From: Nemertoderma westbladi
Lineage: Eukaryota > Animalia > Xenacoelomorpha
Assembly: GCA_032718475.1 (NCBI GenBank)
Contig: JAUCBJ010006667.1
Coordinates: 1 to 64,000 of the forward strand
Reading direction: 5' to 3'
Length of the DNA: 64,000 nt
This document shows, piece by piece, positions 48,321 through 58,543 of this stretch. A program made the translations under genes and the position numbers. The notes under the pieces were generated by a model, which worked only from the letters and a program-made list of their open reading frames with translations, ran no database searches and was not told where the DNA came from. Positions within the stretch are counted from its first letter, which is position 1; each line of letters begins with the position of its first letter.

Positions 48321-49422
48321 TTATGTTTCTGACTCCTGAGTGACTAATCCCGTCCTATCATTAGTATCACATCCTATCTTGACATTGCTACGACTGTAAG
48401 CGTGTTTAAGAATATCCCAAAGGCATACACTGGAATGAAACCGGAAGTATATCGCCATGGGTGTAACAGTGTGAAGTATCATGTGCCAGGTGTTTGCACC
48501 ATAGAAACTGACTTGAACTGTGTTTGTATCGAATTTCGTTTCAAAAATACTATCCACCCACAAAGCGATATTAGAAAGAAGGGCGAATACAACTAAACCT
48601 TTACTCCAAGTCTCGCCATTCGCAATTGGTCTTCGATGTAATCCATCAAGTATAACAGCTGCTTGAACTGTGACCTCTATGAAGTGGAATGTGTATGTAG
48701 AGGCGGATATTCCTTTGTCATAAATTGATGATTCATCATCAAATATGGCGGCTACCAAATTGAAGGCGCTTTCAAAATACATACCGATCAGCGAGATTAC
48801 TATAAGCGCGTTGTCCAAATAAGTTTTTTCGTTTTTCTCAAATTGATGTTGAAGTTTAAGAATGATCCCAATCGTAATCATAGACAGTGTCAGGGCTATC
48901 ATCATCCCCATAATGTAGGCATAATACCAAACCAGAGCCTTGCTTGAAATGCTGTCTTCTCTGCCGGGTTTGGATATAACAGTGGCCACCATAGCTAAAA
49001 CAACAGCACAGATTACCAGAACAATAGCTCCGAGAATCAGACCAATAGTCATGGAAATAGCGCCGACACTACTCGAAGTAACGCTGACGGTGGTGTCACT
49101 ATCAGGAACAGCTGACGTGATATCCGCCTTTGAGGTCTGCTCCTTCAATGTTGAATCTTTCGACGTTGAACTAACGTCTTCATTGGCAGATTTTATGTTT
49201 TTGAACATGAAAAAGGAAATAGTTGCCCCTATCAAACAATATTCGATACGACACGGAAGTAAAAACGGTCTACTCTTATAGGGAACTTTGAGGAGATCGA
49301 TGGTTGAGTTTGGTATTTCGCAACTGTTATTTTGGTGTTCGTAGGTTTGATTGTTGTCGAGGTTTCCTCCTTGAAACTCCATTGTTATCGGTAGATTTCC
49401 CACTAAATCAACCATTGTAATG
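48321..49422 (-). CDS. Otopetrin-family proton channel, terminal exon (C-terminal half)
   Basis: LLPCRIEYCLIG, multiple TM helices, LLSNIALWV and PMAIYFRFHSSVCL. A poly-C tract plus CAG acceptor precedes 49422 on the minus strand. N-terminal TMs are not in the window. Confidence 0.8.
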
Positions 49423-49589
49423 CTGCGAGGGGGGGGGGGGGGGGGGGGTCGGTTATTTATAAAGTGATATAAAAAAAAGTATAATTATACAATAATTATA
49501 TAATGTGTATAACGTGTAATAATGTGTTAATAATAATGTATAACGTGTATAATTATACAGATACCGGATTAAAAAATTAATTCACATAC

Positions 49590-50238
49590 TAAATACATAT
49601 TCGGCGTACAGCTGCACTGTTAAATTTTACGTAGGTCCCGGCAGTCTGTCGACACTCAACACAACACCTTTGTGCTCCCACAATGGCTACAATAAGCTCC
49701 ATGGTCCCACAACCATTATGGAACCCATGTGACAGACACTTTACAGGATCCCTGGTGCGATTTAATATAATTCTGTTAGCTTTGCAGCAATCGATAGATT
49801 CCACGAAAAGTTCCATAGGTTGTTAGGTTGCCCTTCTTTGGGACCAACTTATTTGTTTTCATTTCTCGAGGGACTATCTTTGTCCTATACATGTCCACAA
49901 TAATGGGGTGAATGAGCTCCAAACACTCAGGAATAGTAAAGACCTCAGAGGCCACGCCATCTACTCCACTGGCACGATTGGTCTTGATGCTCCTTGCTGC
50001 AGTCTTGATTTCAGCAAAGGAGATTTCACCAATGGGGATATCTGTGAGCAGAGAGAACAGACTCAGATACACGATGTTCCTCAAAGTTATCAGGCAATGC
50101 CCTGTCATTGTTTAGAAGCTTCTCAAAGTGGGCTTTCCAACCTTTGAGGCGCTCAGCTGGAGATTCAGCCTTAACCTTGGTACAGTAGTTGGTTGGCTTT
50201 TCCTCCCGGTGAGCAGGTTTATTGATTGCCATGCCTGG
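49590..50238 (-). mobile_element. RTE-like LINE, RT region (frameshifted), 3' part
   Basis: W..HFEKLLN, EIKTAARSIKTNRASGVDG, VPKKGNL...FRGI and NRIILNR motifs across frames. Confidence 0.8.
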
Positions 50239-51456
50239 TGTAAAAGCTTTTGCGGAATTGCCCGGTTATTTTCCCCGTAAAGTACTCTGTAGTTGGTTTA
50301 GCAGGCATAAAAGGCCGTGTCATTGCTGTACCGGTGTTTTTAGGGGACATAAAAGCTATTTCTTCTGTATGTGTACTTTAGAGGACATAATTAGCAATTC
50401 TATGACGCAACGCCCTAGATCCTCTTGAAACAGTGTCGTTACTATGACGACAGCTAACGGCTGAGCTTTACATGTGTAGCTTGCCCGGAGCCTTGCCTTG
50501 GTTCTTTGTTCTGCTCAGCTCAAAATGACGACATCTATCAGCTGTGTCCACGTGGAGCTCTTTGCCATTCGACCAATCAGAGATTCCCTCTTTGTGTAAA
50601 AGCTGTACAGCAGAATTACAGGGTTCAGTACTGACGTTTCCCCCACGCCTAGAACACCGTCCGGGGAATGTTTTCTGACATTAGAGCGTCTTTAATTATA
50701 AGATCATCAAACGGTTATCACGGTTTTGCACCTCGGCATCTGATTAAGCACCCTGACGTAAACTGCTTTTCGCCGCATTATTTACTGCTATTTACTGTGT
50801 TGTTAATTGTATCGTTCGTTTACAAATTATTATTGGGAAGAATATTGATAACGATCCGAAAACCCAATCTTCTTGATACACTAAGGTTAGAGAGACCGGT
50901 TACATATAACAATTTGCGACATACATTATAGTGGTTTGTAGTGAGTTCAATGCTACTTAATAGGCCCTACAAATGTCGGTTGTTATTCTCTTTATATATG
51001 ATTAAAATCAGTGAATGTCGGCAATTCAGTGTGCAGTTGTGTGCAATAGTCTGTGTGCTTGACCGAGTAACAAAGCATTTCCTAAAGAATGCACTTTGGT
51101 GATCTATAAGACATACTGTTGTGTATAGTGTAAGTCATAGCTCTGTTTAAATAGATAGAGCGCCACGTCCTAAAGGAACTGCTAATATTTCCCTAAAGTG
51201 AATAATATTCGTCAGAGATTATATATTAACGATCAATCGAATAGTACGGTAGGCCTGCACCGCAATCAAATTAAAGCATCCAAATCCAGTCTCCCGGGTA
51301 TATCCAACGGGTGAATGGTCGCGCACAGACTGGCTTTGGCTAATGTTAGAATTATTATAGGTGTTCAATACTTGTCATAGGCTGGAGTAGATTTATAACC
51401 TAGAAGACATATAGATTTGGCAGGTTAAACTGCCAAAGGTCTTAAAAGCGCGAACA
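50239..51456 (+). repeat. 5' LTR of BEL element 2
   Basis: TGTAAAAGC...CGCGAACA. Confidence 0.95.
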
Positions 51457-51815
51457 ATAACCGTTTGTAAAATTCTTGATTGCAGTGTAGGCAATAAATA
51501 CAGTTTAATATTGTTCTGGTAAGAACAATAACCGTTTGCAGGATCTTGATTGCGGCGTAAGCGATCAAGACTAAATTACCGGTCTACCGGTAACCAGTAG
51601 GCCTGACTGCCTGATCACCCGGACCGGTACTTACAACAGTACAGGTATATCAGTACTATTTCGATTGTGATATTGTATACTGGTAGGCTGTTTAAGAGAT
51701 TAGGGACGGTACACCCCTTGTTTCTTATGGAGCTTACTTATTTCTGTCAGTTTTATTTATTTGTAGGCTAGTATTGAGCAGAAGGCGTGTAAGCCTGCTC
51801 AGTCTGTACAGACAA

Positions 51816-52390
51816 TTTGTAGGCTGGATTGTTGTCTGGCTGTTATTAGGTCTGAAGGGATTGCTGTGTGTGTAGAGTGTCTGTCCGATAAAGTGCCAGT
51901 TAGTAAGTTGGGGCATCTTGAGTCGTAAGGTCAACCCCCTCCTAAAGAATAAGTCGTACTACCGTGTTAGAACGCATACTAACTAACCATTTTGGAATCT
52001 GCATATACCGTAGTTTATTTAGGCTTGATAGTAGTCTGCCAGCGTTTTAGCCTGTGTTTGTTTGTGTGGTCTGTTCAGGTACCGTAATAGTTATTACTCA
52101 GATATTTTGTAGGCCGGATTGTTGTCTGGCTATTGTTGGGTCTGGAGAGATTGCTGCGTGTGTAGAGTCTGTCCGATAAAGTGCCAGTTAGTAAGTTGGG
52201 GCATCTTGAGTTGTAAGGTCAACCCCCTCCTAAAGAATAAGTCGTACTACCGTGTTAGAACGCATACTAACTAACCATTTTGGAATCTGCACATACTGTA
52301 GTTTATTTAGGCTTGATAGTAGTCTGCCAGCGTTTGGTTTGTATTTTGTTTGAGTATTCTGTACGGGTAGCGTAATATTTATTATTCAGA
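51816..52390 (+). repeat. About 290-bp tandem duplication in the leader of BEL element 2
   Basis: Copies start at 51816 and 52106. Confidence 0.85.
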
Positions 52391-53708
52391 GTTTATGCGA
52401 TTATTCGCAACATTCATGTCCCCAAGTTTATTCCTACAGTAATTGTGCTTGTTATACATACTGTTATAGTTAAATTAACCCCGGTACTACACGGGCTGCT
52501 TGGCGTAGGTAAAGACCGGAGATTTTGTGCTTTGGTCACTCCAGCAGATGCCGTGGTTCTTTTAGCTGTTCAAGTATTTTAACTACTGATTATTTGTTGT
52601 ACAAGTACTTGTACCTAATTTAGGGTTTAGTGTACAGTGCTTTCCGAAGGTAATTAGTGTGTAGGCAGTATATTTGTGTTGTAAAGTGGTTAATAGGCAC
52701 GTTGGTTCTGGTAGACCGCGGTAATTAACTTCTAGGTAGGGACACTCCGTGATACATAACGTAGTACCTATAGCGATACGGCTATAGGTCGTCAGACGGT
52801 GGTATTTTTTCTATCTGGACAATGCAGTATATTGACTACTGCTTTATTATTCTCAAATACCATAGTATCCTGTCTGTTGTAATAACCAGAAGTTCTAACC
52901 CTTTGTTAGACTGGTTTGTAGTTTCCCTGTAAAATTACCCTAAAATTTCGTACGTAATATTTTTGTTGTGTTTAGTTAGAGAATTAATCTCACCCGTATC
53001 GTAAGTAATTTGTAGATAAGTAACTTAGGAAGTAGAATTATCTGTTTTAGTGTCCAATAAGTAGCACTTCACTGAGAGCGCACAGCTTCTGTGTAGTGAT
53101 TATTTCCCAGAAATAGTAACATCTATTTCAATATTGTAACAAAACCCCTCATACGGGTACACATAAATCCACTAAATCTATTAATAAAATAGTAGGCCTG
53201 TTATACAACACTTAGGTCTTAATATCAGTTGGACTGCTGCTCAAATAACGGTAATAGAGTGAGTAAAGTAACCAAGTAACCCCTAACATTCAGAAATTCA
53301 ATTATTTTAAAATAATTGACATACCGGTATTTACAATAGGCTTATTATATTTATTTCTATAAATTTAGGCTGAAATCATACCGGTATTCTGTAATTAATT
53401 CTAGTCTGTAATAATTATACTTATATATAATATAAGTGTAGGCTGTATACCGGTATTCACGATAGGCCTATTATATATTTATATATATTTGTGCTAAAAT
53501 TATATACCGGTATTCTGTGATAAATCTAGTCTGAAATAATACTTATATATACTATAAGCATACCGGTATTCTAGTATATTTTATATATATACCACGTTAC
53601 ACTGAGTAGCAGTATCGGTAATTAATTATTAGGCTAACAGTGATACTGAATTACTAGACTTACTTTAACTGTATTTATAGCCGTAGGCATTCAACTGTGT
53701 AAACAAAC

Positions 53709-56000
53709 ATGTCAGACGCAACCCAATCACTGTCAGATAGTCTCTTAGAAAGTGTTAGAATGAGTATTAGACTTAGACAGCGTATTAAAAGGATCTGTGA
53801 CCAAGATCAAAGTATAGAACATCCTAGATCCAAGTCTAAGTCACCTATTATTGTAAGAAAGGCCATCCCTACAGTAGTAGTGTCAGACCCTAGGCTAGTA
53901 GAACAGCGTAGGTCTATCATAGGCACTCGGGCCCAAGTCAAGCGGGATCAAGAAGCAGCTATCAAACAGCAGCAACCTCCTAACCAAGAACCTAGTTCTC
54001 AACGGCCCGATAGCTCCAGTAGTTCGGATACTGTTGAGCGGACGCCCGAACGCGGAGCGAAGATGGCGGATACGGTTTATGATGAGCGGCCAACCTATGA
54101 AGAATCAACCGACGCCACTTCTTCTCAAGTGGAAAGCGAAGTGGAAAGCGAAGTAGAAAGCGAATTAACAGCAGCAGAGAAGCCGCGAACTAGAGACGCC
54201 ATTGACATCTATCTGTCAGACTATCAGCGATTCCTAGGAGACAAAGAGTTGAGGAGACGACTGTCTGGACTTCGCCCTAATAGTGAAGGAACCAAGCTTG
54301 TGTTGGACTCAATCGATGCGGAAATGTTAGCTGCAAACCAAGCTAAATTTGATGAAAAACTCCGCCTCGCTAGAGTCCAGGAAGAACAAGTAAAGAAAAG
54401 ACGGATAGAGGACCGAAAGGCAGCAGCAGTAGCAGAGGCAAGGGCAGTGGCAGAAGCAGAACGGAGAGCGTCTGAGGAGACTACCCAACTGGAGTTGGAA
54501 AATCTGCAAGAGACGCAAGACAACATAAATAAACAATTAACTGCTAGTCAAATGCAGATGATGAGTCGATCTACTCCCAAACGCCAAGAATACACATCAT
54601 CGGAAGAAGGCGAGACCACCGATCCTGAAGGCGGAGGAAATAGATCTCGTCTAAGCAGGCGTAGAAAAACATCTCATTGTCACAAATTGCCTGATTTGCC
54701 CCCAGCGGTTAGAAGACAACTAGCTAGCACAGACTTAGGTAGTTCAGAACCCACAGACCAAATTATTAAGGTCAAAAGACTCCCTACGATAGTCGATGAG
54801 CCTGAAATAATTAGGCCTGTCGTTCCCGAAGCCACTCCTGTGCTAGAGACCCCTGTACTTCCAGAGCTTAACTCTAAATTCCCTTTACACAGTACTACAC
54901 TGCCTGTACCCGGTAGAACAGTCCATGAGAAAATCCCTGTCCTGGACGCTGAGAGAGAAATCAAGGATTTGTCTCCCGTCAGCCCGCGTCAGCCCGCTAC
55001 AATGTTGGCGACTCCCGCTTCGGCGGTCGAGTGGGTAGAGGAGGGACGGCGGGGGATGAATCTCCTGCTCGGACAGATGCAGGAGACTGTCCACCAACTC
55101 AAGGGAACAGTAAGGGAAAGTATGTTAGAATTGCAAGAAGTGCAGCAAAGTATCGCGCTAGAACGCGACAAATTAGTCAATATACAAAAGGGTATACCAA
55201 TACCCCCTGTAACATTGTGTCAACCTGTTAGGTCTGAAGTATTACATGCGCAAGGTGTGGAGCCTACACGCATCTATACTGCTAGTGAAGTAGAAACTCC
55301 TATAGCAAACCCTATTAAGGGTGATTATAAACCTGTTGTTGATGATATTCCCTATAGACCTGATAATAATCCGGGAAATTTATATACCGATAATTCGATA
55401 TTAAATAATACGATGACCCAAGAAAGCTTTACGCGTCAGATGGCTAGAACAGAAGCCCGCCAAGCGGTCAAAGTGGGAGAAATCGTCAAATTCAATGGAG
55501 ATGAGATGAAATGGTTACCTTTCAATGAATATTACAAAGATAGCATACAGAACTCTGTACTATCTAACGGAGAGAAACTTAGATTTCTCATCAAGTGCTT
55601 GGAAGGACCTCCCAAGTTAATGGCGTTAAGGTTTATTGGACATCCAGATGGATTAAGACAAGTTTGGGATACATTAAACATCAGGTATGGTAACAAGGAT
55701 AACATAGCTAAGTATTTGTATGCAAAATTAGTAGCCCCCCGAAAGTTCCTTAGTAGCGGGATTATAGAGTTTTCCGATGAGATTCAGGAGATCTGTAGAC
55801 AATTGGATTGGTTAGGTAAGTCTCATGAATATCAGAGTTCCATGGTTATTGGAGCCGTAGTCTCTACTTTACCAAAGGGTGGAGTATGTATACGCTGGGA
55901 CAAGAAGGTGTTGTATATGAATGAGCAGCAACGACGAGGCCCTACCATGGCTGAGGGCATGGCTGACCATGACAAAAGGGTATACCAATACCCCCTGTAA
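53709..56000 (+). CDS. BEL element 2 gag, N-terminal part (truncated by an internal duplication)
   Basis: Coiled-coil region followed by DUF1759-like KFNGD...W..F...Y...I.N..LS..EKL..L...LEG. Confidence 0.8.
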   Translation: MSDATQSLSDSLLESVRMSIRLRQRIKRICDQDQSIEHPRSKSKSPIIVRKAIPTVVVSDPRLVEQRRSIIGTRAQVKRDQEAAIKQQQPPNQEPSSQRPDSSSSSDTVERTPERGAKMADTVYDERPTYEESTDATSSQVESEVESEVESELTAAEKPRTRDAIDIYLSDYQRFLGDKELRRRLSGLRPNSEGTKLVLDSIDAEMLAANQAKFDEKLRLARVQEEQVKKRRIEDRKAAAVAEARAVAEAERRASEETTQLELENLQETQDNINKQLTASQMQMMSRSTPKRQEYTSSEEGETTDPEGGGNRSRLSRRRKTSHCHKLPDLPPAVRRQLASTDLGSSEPTDQIIKVKRLPTIVDEPEIIRPVVPEATPVLETPVLPELNSKFPLHSTTLPVPGRTVHEKIPVLDAEREIKDLSPVSPRQPATMLATPASAVEWVEEGRRGMNLLLGQMQETVHQLKGTVRESMLELQEVQQSIALERDKLVNIQKGIPIPPVTLCQPVRSEVLHAQGVEPTRIYTASEVETPIANPIKGDYKPVVDDIPYRPDNNPGNLYTDNSILNNTMTQESFTRQMARTEARQAVKVGEIVKFNGDEMKWLPFNEYYKDSIQNSVLSNGEKLRFLIKCLEGPPKLMALRFIGHPDGLRQVWDTLNIRYGNKDNIAKYLYAKLVAPRKFLSSGIIEFSDEIQEICRQLDWLGKSHEYQSSMVIGAVVSTLPKGGVCIRWDKKVLYMNEQQRRGPTMAEGMADHDKRVYQYPL

Positions 56001-56002
56001 CA

Positions 56003-58543
56003 TTGTGTCAACCTGTTAGGTCTGAAGTATTACATGCGCAAGGTGTGGAGCCTACACGCATCTATACTGCTAGTGAAGTAGAAACTCCTATAGCAAACCC
56101 TATTAAGGGTGATTATAAACCTGTTGTTGATGATATTCCCTATAGACCTGATAATAATCCGGGAAATTTATATACCGATAATTCGATATTAAATAATACG
56201 ATGACCCAAGAAAGCTTTACGCGTCAGATGGCTAGAACAGAAGCCCGCCAAGCGGTCAAAGTGGGAGAAATCGTCAAATTCAATGGAGATGAGATGAAAT
56301 GGTTACCTTTCAATGAATATTACAAAGATAGCATACAGAACTCTGTACTATCTAACGGAGAGAAACTTAGATTCCTCATCAAGTGCTTGGAAGGACCTCC
56401 CAAGTTAATGGCGTTAAGGTTTATTGGACATCCAGATGGATTAAGACAAGTTTGGGATACATTAAACATCAGGTATGGTAACAAGGATAACATAGCTAAG
56501 TATTTGTATGCAAAATTAGTAGCCCCCCGAAAGTTCCTTAGTAGCGGGATTATAGAGTTTTCCGATGAGATTCAGGAGATCTGTAGACAATTGGATTGGT
56601 TAGGTAAGTCTCATGAATATCAGAGTTCCATGGTTATTGGAGCCGTAGTCTCTACTTTACCAAAGGGTGGAGTATGTATACGCTGGGACAAGAAGGTGTT
56701 GTATATGAATGAGCAGCAACGACGAGGCCCTACCATGGCTGATCTCATGTCCTTCTTAGATAGTGAAGTAAAATTACAACTCATAAAGCAGTCCAGAGAG
56801 AAAACATCGGAAAATAAGGTAAGTGAGAAACCCGTTTCTAGGAGAAGGGTAACACCAGTGTGTTATACTGACGACGGCGAAAGCCAAGCTTCTCAAGAAG
56901 AGGACAGCGGGAAAGACACAGCAAAATCTTACTATGACAACAAGACCTATAAAGACGTAAGTAAATATAAGTCTCGAACCAGTGACAGGAGAGAACAGGT
57001 AACAACAACTCCTCCTACGTCTCCTAAGAGAATTCACGGAAGAAAGCCCGAAGAAAGAACGAGAGTGCATAACGTTGCCCAAGGTAAAGTGAGTAACATC
57101 AAACCAAAATGTGCGCTGTGCGACAGGCCCCACCGTTTGAGTGTGTGTGCTGAATTCCTAAAGAAATCCCTGGTAGACAGACGTGAAGTCATGTGGGATA
57201 AGCGGTTATGCTATAATTGCCTCAGACAAGGACACCAACGGCGAACCTGTTACTCCGACGTAAAGTGTGCAAAGTGCGGTGCGAAACATCACATCTTGTT
57301 ACACAGTGAATTCGAACGAAACAACCCGAGTCAGGTAAGTGCGCCCGAACTACATGTCCAATTCAGTGATGAAAATGACACTGATCAAGAATCTGAGATG
57401 GAAGAATTCTATACGGACGAATTCTCCGACGCCAACGAATCCTGTTACCTAATAAATACCGCAGTGTATCGAGCACTTACGTATGAAAAGGACACCGACA
57501 ATGAGTTCCCCCCAACTACCTTTGACAGACAACCATCTTGGAAACCTCCAACTTCCAACGTAGGAATCAGAGAATTTCCTGTAGTACAGGTAAGAGTTCA
57601 CGGTCCTAACAAAAGTTACATAGTGAACGCCCTCCTTGACTCCGGCAGCACAGGAACATTCATCGATCAAGAACTAGCCGAAGACATCTTTGCTGGACAA
57701 CCCAAATTCCGAACTAAGTTGAATATGTCAGGAATTATGCAGGTTTGGAAATCTACCATAACGGCAGATTACTATGTAGGTGCGTTGTCCACCCCCCAGG
57801 ATAAATTAGGAGAACAAAGTATAAGGTCAGTAAAAATGGTGGCTATAAAGAACTTCGCTACTACCCAAGTAGAACCTTATAACTGGGACGAGGACGAGAG
57901 CATCCAGCAGCTTAAGATACCTCGATTCCACACAGATTATCCTGGAGTGCAAATACTCATCGGCCAAAACGCGCATGAGGCGCTAGAGACATTGGAGAAA
58001 CGGCCTGCTCAACCACAGCCACTACAAACCTATGCGGTAAGAACTAGAGTAGGTTGGTACTTCACTGGCCCTTCCCGTAGAACTCTCAAAGAGAGATTAC
58101 CTCAAGAACAGGTATACCAAGTAAAGGAATGGGAAGTGGAGAGCAGTGAGGTGGACGACCCAACTGAGGGAACACCATACTCCTCAGATAATGACGATAT
58201 TAACTCCACTATAGATCAATGGAGACATTGCCTTGGGACGATTAATCCAGCCGACATTGCTTCCAGAGGAGCAACTCCTCAAGAACTGATAGATACTCCA
58301 GGCTGGTTAGGTGGATCCGACTTCTTAAGTAAAGAAGAAGAAGAATGGCCTCCTCATCTTACCACGGTGGAGATTAGACAGGCCAAGGGAGTGGAGAAAG
58401 TAACACAACAACTCAATCGCCCAGCTGGTCGTCTATGTTTACTGGAAAGAGACCGAAAACTGTCCGGAAACTATGGAAGGCAAGATACTCTTCCTACGAC
58501 CACTTCCCTAATCCGACAAATATCTAGGGACTCCATAACGTAA
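56003..58543 (+). CDS. BEL element 2 gag C-terminus plus protease, fused in frame to RNase H-tail and integrase-tail remnants
   Basis: Three BEL-type knuckles (CALCDRPHRLSVC, CYNCLRQGHQRRTC, CAKCGAKHHILLH), LLDSGS and AVRTRVGW, then directly QWRHCLG.INPADIASRG..WLGG.DFL and RPAGRLCLLE. Confidence 0.85.
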   Translation: MCQPVRSEVLHAQGVEPTRIYTASEVETPIANPIKGDYKPVVDDIPYRPDNNPGNLYTDNSILNNTMTQESFTRQMARTEARQAVKVGEIVKFNGDEMKWLPFNEYYKDSIQNSVLSNGEKLRFLIKCLEGPPKLMALRFIGHPDGLRQVWDTLNIRYGNKDNIAKYLYAKLVAPRKFLSSGIIEFSDEIQEICRQLDWLGKSHEYQSSMVIGAVVSTLPKGGVCIRWDKKVLYMNEQQRRGPTMADLMSFLDSEVKLQLIKQSREKTSENKVSEKPVSRRRVTPVCYTDDGESQASQEEDSGKDTAKSYYDNKTYKDVSKYKSRTSDRREQVTTTPPTSPKRIHGRKPEERTRVHNVAQGKVSNIKPKCALCDRPHRLSVCAEFLKKSLVDRREVMWDKRLCYNCLRQGHQRRTCYSDVKCAKCGAKHHILLHSEFERNNPSQVSAPELHVQFSDENDTDQESEMEEFYTDEFSDANESCYLINTAVYRALTYEKDTDNEFPPTTFDRQPSWKPPTSNVGIREFPVVQVRVHGPNKSYIVNALLDSGSTGTFIDQELAEDIFAGQPKFRTKLNMSGIMQVWKSTITADYYVGALSTPQDKLGEQSIRSVKMVAIKNFATTQVEPYNWDEDESIQQLKIPRFHTDYPGVQILIGQNAHEALETLEKRPAQPQPLQTYAVRTRVGWYFTGPSRRTLKERLPQEQVYQVKEWEVESSEVDDPTEGTPYSSDNDDINSTIDQWRHCLGTINPADIASRGATPQELIDTPGWLGGSDFLSKEEEEWPPHLTTVEIRQAKGVEKVTQQLNRPAGRLCLLERDRKLSGNYGRQDTLPTTTSLIRQISRDSIT

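Noticed and set aside
50668-50931. 87-aa ORF duplicated at 61986-62249
   Set aside because: It is duplicated only because it lies in the LTRs, and has no recognisable motif.
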